A program made the translations under genes and the position numbers. DNA of 63,738 bases, the filler included, from Folioceros fuciformis (Eukaryota), in assembly GCA_049999805.1 (NCBI GenBank). It is 26 parts of 26 records of this genome, joined end to end, with 100 filler letters (N's around TTAATTAATTAA, not from the genome) between each part and the next. Parts side by side here need not be neighbours in the genome. Positions count along the whole stretch, not along the records: positions 59,444 to 62,445 come from JBNGIO010002801.1; positions 62,546 to 63,738 come from JBNGIO010002802.1; 24 more parts are not named here. One strand, written 5' to 3'. This document shows positions 59,344 through 63,738 of the stretch, piece after piece. The first letter of the stretch is position 1, and every line of letters starts with the position of its first letter. Below the pieces are notes generated by a model. The model was not told the DNA's origin and searched no databases. It saw only the letters and a program-made list of their open reading frames with translations.

Positions 59344-61284
59344 NNNNNNNNNNNNNNNNNNNNNNNNNNNNNNNNNNNNNNNNNNNNTTAATTAATTAAN
59401 NNNNNNNNNNNNNNNNNNNNNNNNNNNNNNNNNNNNNNNNNNNGTGTCTAAGAGGCAAGGTCTACAACTTGTGAACCTTGGCAAATCATTTGGGAACTTG
59501 AAGGCTTTTCTTTAATTTTTAAGATATTTTTATACTTTAGTGAAGTATCGAGGAAACCCTTTTAGTTCAAATTTGGAGGCCTAAAATTCGTTCACTTTAC
59601 AAAATAAAATATCAACATATAAAGGAATAAAAATCATTATGATAGTGTAAGGGAGCAATTGTTTTAGTATAGTGGGAGGGCGGTAAAAAGGGTTGTTTCC
59701 CTTGCAAAACATGATCTTAAAGATTTTTTTTTTTTAATGATTTTCCTTGTACCACTCTTTAGAGTTTGCTTGGAAGCCTTAAGCTATTTTATTGCAAAAA
59801 AAATCAATTTCATGAGGGCTACGCAAGTATGCAAGTATATTTCTATACAAGACAATCCCTTAATTTTAAGGGCCATATAAGAACTTTTCTAGTCTAATTA
59901 AGGATTGTCCAAAAGCTTATCACAATCAAAGAATGAGTTTCTCCTCTTGGTGCTTGCCTTTCTTTCTTTCTACAACCCCTCGCTCTATTGTCAACGAGAT
60001 CTAGGGAATGCCTCATAACATATGCATGTCTAGTGGCTTAATTAGCTAAGTACCATATAGGCCCTTCATTATCTAAGTCACGGACCTGACCTCCTAGGGC
60101 TCGGTATAATGTAGGCCCTTCACTATTTGTATTACAACATGATAGGCCCGAAGTAGTAGGTACAATCAACCCTCTCTAAATGTTACTTGTTGGGAGTAGG
60201 GCATTGAATAACATTTATGGAGGTATAGCACTGAGAGAATTTAAGTTAATTTAGAAAATAAAATATTTAAAATTATTTAAGTGATAGAAATCATATAAAA
60301 TATGACTCATATACCATGATATAGATTTTTTTAATTTATAAATATCTGATTAAAATCAATTATAAATTAAAATAAATGAACTATTCATAACCACAAACAA
60401 AGGTGTCCTTCGTGAAAGGGCACCTTTACCTTAGCTTTAAGAACACACTTTGTATACATTTTTGTTTAATTAATGAATATATATCTTGCATAGCATCATG
60501 GGCTAGATGTCTACTGCATAATCGTACTACTAGGATTTTATAATTATTTTTAAGTGATTTTATTATTATATATTATTTTAAAACATTACAATAATATTTA
60601 TGGTGTTGGATTATAGTGATGGGAAGTGCTCTTTTATAAAATAAGTAACATATAAGATTTAATCTTACTCCCCAACTTTGGAGTACTCAAACAATTCCAA
60701 ACTCGAAACATTTTTAAAAGACATAATATTTAGGGAAGGTTGGCTATAGTAACAAGGGTACTCGTGGGACCTTTGACTCTCTACGGCTTTTTGTTCATTT
60801 CTTTTTTTTAATAAAAAAGGTTGAAAAGATATGCAAAAGTCTAATCTACTCCAAAGATAGAAAGAACAACTTGAGTAGGGCCAAAGGCCAAAAGAGATAC
60901 TAACCCCTTTCAACGTCATTCTTAAAAACTACCAATTGCTCTCAAAATATCATGATGTGGAATAACAAAATATTTACCTATCGTGCCGAATACTAACCTC
61001 TTTGAAAGTCATTCTCAAAAACTACCAATTGGTCCTAAAATGTCATGGAATAACAAAATGCCTACTTACCATTGGTGCCGAAGAAGCTAGTTGATTAGTT
61101 AACTGCTTTGGCTAATACTTTTTACAAATTACAAAGTAGTGGATACACATTGTTGAAAAGTCACCATAAAGGAAAGAGGTAGAACACCATTAATGAACCT
61201 TGAAAAGTCCATGGCCTCATAGATCTTAAGTGCAACGGAGATGAATCATCATCGCCTTTCATGTGAAGCACTGCCTTGTTTGCC

Positions 61285-61400
61285 AAATATCTGCAATCTG
61301 CGATGGGCTTCACAAATATCTGCAGTATGCGATGGGCTACACATATATCTGCAGTCTACGATGGGCTTCACAAATATCTGCAGTCGGCGATGGGCTTCAC
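61285..61400 (+). repeat. 29-bp minisatellite, 4 copies (AAATATCTGCAGTCTGCGATGGGCTTCAC)
   Basis: Four adjacent units with a few substitutions and no spacers. Confidence 0.9.
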
Positions 61401-61545
61401 CAATATCATCTTCAACATAAAGCTTCTCTACCTTGTCTGCTTCACCTAAGCAAACATACTGTCTACCATCTTCTTCACTTCGACGATGGACATTGACGCA
61501 CAACACAGAGCAATGGCTGTCTTACAAGGTTAGGAAATGGAATCG

Positions 61546-62445
61546 TTAAGACCAGTGTAGCTTTTTACTAAGTGTGCTGACGAACTGGGGACATTGCACT
61601 CCCTTCTGCCATCCTTCTTGAGTTTGTTGCCATCTCTTCATGCGCTGGACCTTTCCATGCACTCTTATTAGAATGCTCACCACATCTTCTGTTGGATACT
61701 GATCAATGATGGCGTTCATGGAAGCTATGATGAAGTTTGGGCCTTTCTTGACATCTCTCAAAGATTCGTCTCTAGGACTGGTGGAGCAAACGGTGAGAAA
61801 GTCGCTCGCATAATACAGGGGTCGAATTCTCTTGCTGGGACCCTGGCTTTCCTCAACGTCTGAGCACATGGCATTGCTGCTAGTGGCAAGGTTGGCGGTG
61901 CCTGCACCCTGCGCTTTCACGCTTTTGGCAAGACTGCCAGTGCCTCGACAAACATTTATGACAACCACCTTAGACTTGTTTGTCAAATTCCCGCCTTCAA
62001 AATTCAGCGATAGGCTTCGAAATAACTTCTTCAACACGAAGCTTCTCCGCCTGGTCTGCTTCACCTACGCAAACATACTCTCTACCATCTTCTTTAGTCT
62101 CACCATGGCATTAATGCAAAACAGAAAGCTATCGTCATCCCTTCCTTTGGACCTTTTTCCTCTCAATGACACTGCCCGTCTGGGTTGCTTCAAATCCCAC
62201 ATCATTTGTACCTTGAAAACATACATCATGCCTGCCAAACGGAGAAAAGTCAGATTGCGTATTCGAATGAGAAACAGTCTGTATGTCGTTCTGAATTGTG
62301 TGTGCATCAAAAGGTCTGCCTCCCGTTGGACTCAGGTTAGCTCAGCTATCGTAAACATAAAGGCGAGCACGCCGAAGGATGTAGAGGGCGATTCTTCGGC
62401 AGAGCGCAGGGAAGGAGTACACAAACTAACGTCCACTACCCATAC
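61546..62445 (-). pseudogene. Decayed ~300-codon reading frame of unknown function
   Basis: One frame from the contig edge to 61546 with two internal stops (TGA, TAG); joins ORFs 62065-62310 and 61546-62064. Confidence 0.45.
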
Positions 62446-62545
62446 NNNNNNNNNNNNNNNNNNNNNNNNNNNNNNNNNNNNNNNNNNNNTTAATTAATTA
62501 ANNNNNNNNNNNNNNNNNNNNNNNNNNNNNNNNNNNNNNNNNNNN

Positions 62546-62586
62546 CAACCAAAACAAACTACTACCCCAAACTTTGGAGGTTCACA
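62546..62586 (-). repeat. Terminus D copy (short)
   Basis: Ends ...CCCCAAACTTTGGAGGTTCACA. Confidence 0.85.
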
Positions 62587-63590
62587 CAAATCGTCTAGGT
62601 GCTTGTGGCTCAGGAGCAAACTCATCTACATCCTCGGATGCAGGTTCCTCATCATTCTCCTCAGGTTCTGGTGAGGGCGAAGATGGGAGACTGTCATCAT
62701 CCATATTGTCATAGTTCTCCTGTTGGGCCTCACCCGCCTGAACACTTGCCTCCGAGCTCAAGTCATCCGCGGTGAGATCCGGTTCATCTTCTGGAAAGAC
62801 GTCTGCAGGCTGCACAGGAACAATTGGTATTTGTTGAGGGGTGACCAAGTGTCCGTCATGTGTTGAAAATTCAGTCGAAGATGCATCCTATTCATCATTC
62901 GTAAGGCGCTCTAGGCCAGGTACATCTCTGCCTTTTTCTGAAGCTTGCAGAAGAAACTGCTCGTCAAATATGACGTTTCTGGCATGCAGGAAGCGTCGAC
63001 TTAGGGGGTCATAAAGCTTATAGCCCTCAATGCCCTCTGTGTAGCCGATGAACAGGTGTTTGGTTGCCTTGAAATCCATCTTGCGTCTGACCTCATCAGG
63101 TGTATGTGCATAGTCTGGACAGCCTCATATCCGCAAGTGATCCACTCAAGGCTTAACGCCAATCCATCTCTCGAAAGGTGTAGCATTGGCAAAAGCACGA
63201 GTGGGTAGTCGGTTTTGTATGTAAACCGTCGTGGCAATAGCTTCAGCCCAGAAGCACCGAGGGAGCTGGGCCAGATGCAGCATCGACTTGGCAGCAGCCT
63301 GTGTGACTTTGTTTTTGTTCTCAGGAAGAGGATTTTGTTCATGCTCGTAGGGAACTATAAGTTGACGAAGAATGCCCTCCCGGGAGCAAAACTCCGTGAA
63401 TTCTCCTGAGGTAAACTCACCGCCATTGTCACTTCTCAAGCATTTCAGTTTCTAACATAGGTAGATGGAGGAGCTTCTCTCTTGGCTTCGCCATTCTGCT
63501 TTTTGCGGCATTCAGACTCCTCGTGGCCAGGAAACCTGCACCATGTGCATGGGCCTCTCTTTGAAATGCTAGACTTCGAGGCTGGCCATG
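62587..63590 (-). mobile_element. Ty1/copia fragment: gag knuckle joined by deletion to integrase
   Basis: CTWCRFPGHEESEC is followed within about 100 bp by LRSDNGGEF...FIGYTEGIEGYKLY...RNVIFDE; the protease is missing. Confidence 0.88.
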
Positions 63591-63738
63591 TGTGGAGGCA
63601 AAACCCCGGGCACTGATTGCCAATGGGTTCCACCTTTAGTGGCCACACTTATCCCACTGTCGTTGAGACATTGGGTTTCGTTCCCACGAAGGAGCGATGG
63701 GGTTCCTTGCTGCTGTGGATGGAGGGTCGGACTTGATG
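63591..63738 (+). repeat. Terminus C copy
   Basis: Starts TGTGGAGGCAAAACCCCGGG. Confidence 0.9.

Noticed and set aside
59444-61250. AT-rich stretch as a second RIP relic or a gene
   Set aside because: CA and TG are plentiful and there is no credible ORF; ordinary intergenic or TE non-coding DNA.
61285-61400. 29-bp repeats as a CRISPR array
   Set aside because: The units are directly adjacent with no unique spacers and there are no cas genes; it is a minisatellite.
3792-62545. Regularly recurring TTAATTAATTAA palindrome between N runs
   Set aside because: Artificial linker. ORFs ending in XXX-LIN are artefacts, and neighbours across linkers are not physically linked.

Overview
This window is not contiguous. 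It is 26 short contigs (about 1-6 kb each) joined by 25 artificial 100-bp linkers (N44-TTAATTAATTAA-N44). Most of the DNA is nested, decayed plant retrotransposon sequence: several Ty1/copia families with identifiable LTRs, PBS and PPT, Ty3/gypsy fragments including a chromodomain-bearing integrase, an L1-type LINE end and a restriction-like-endonuclease (CRE-like) non-LTR end. Four recurring element termini (called C, D, E and F here) sit at most contig ends. Non-TE content is a CpG-decayed 25S/28S rRNA 3' fragment with spacer, a STIG1-type secreted cysteine-rich gene and a frameshifted exon 1 of a pcC13-62-like desiccation gene. Two results stand out. (1) A multi-copy retroelement family ('G', contigs at 14992, 24877, 49699 and 57993) reads gag with two zinc knuckles, aspartic protease, linker, then a complete DNMT3-like C5 cytosine methyltransferase domain; the order is reconstructed from homologous overlaps between contigs. 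(2) A 1.3-kb contig has no CpA/TpG dinucleotide, the signature of fungal RIP, so it is probably from an ascomycete associate. The host is inferred to be a land plant. All family assignments come from motif recognition by eye, not from database searches.
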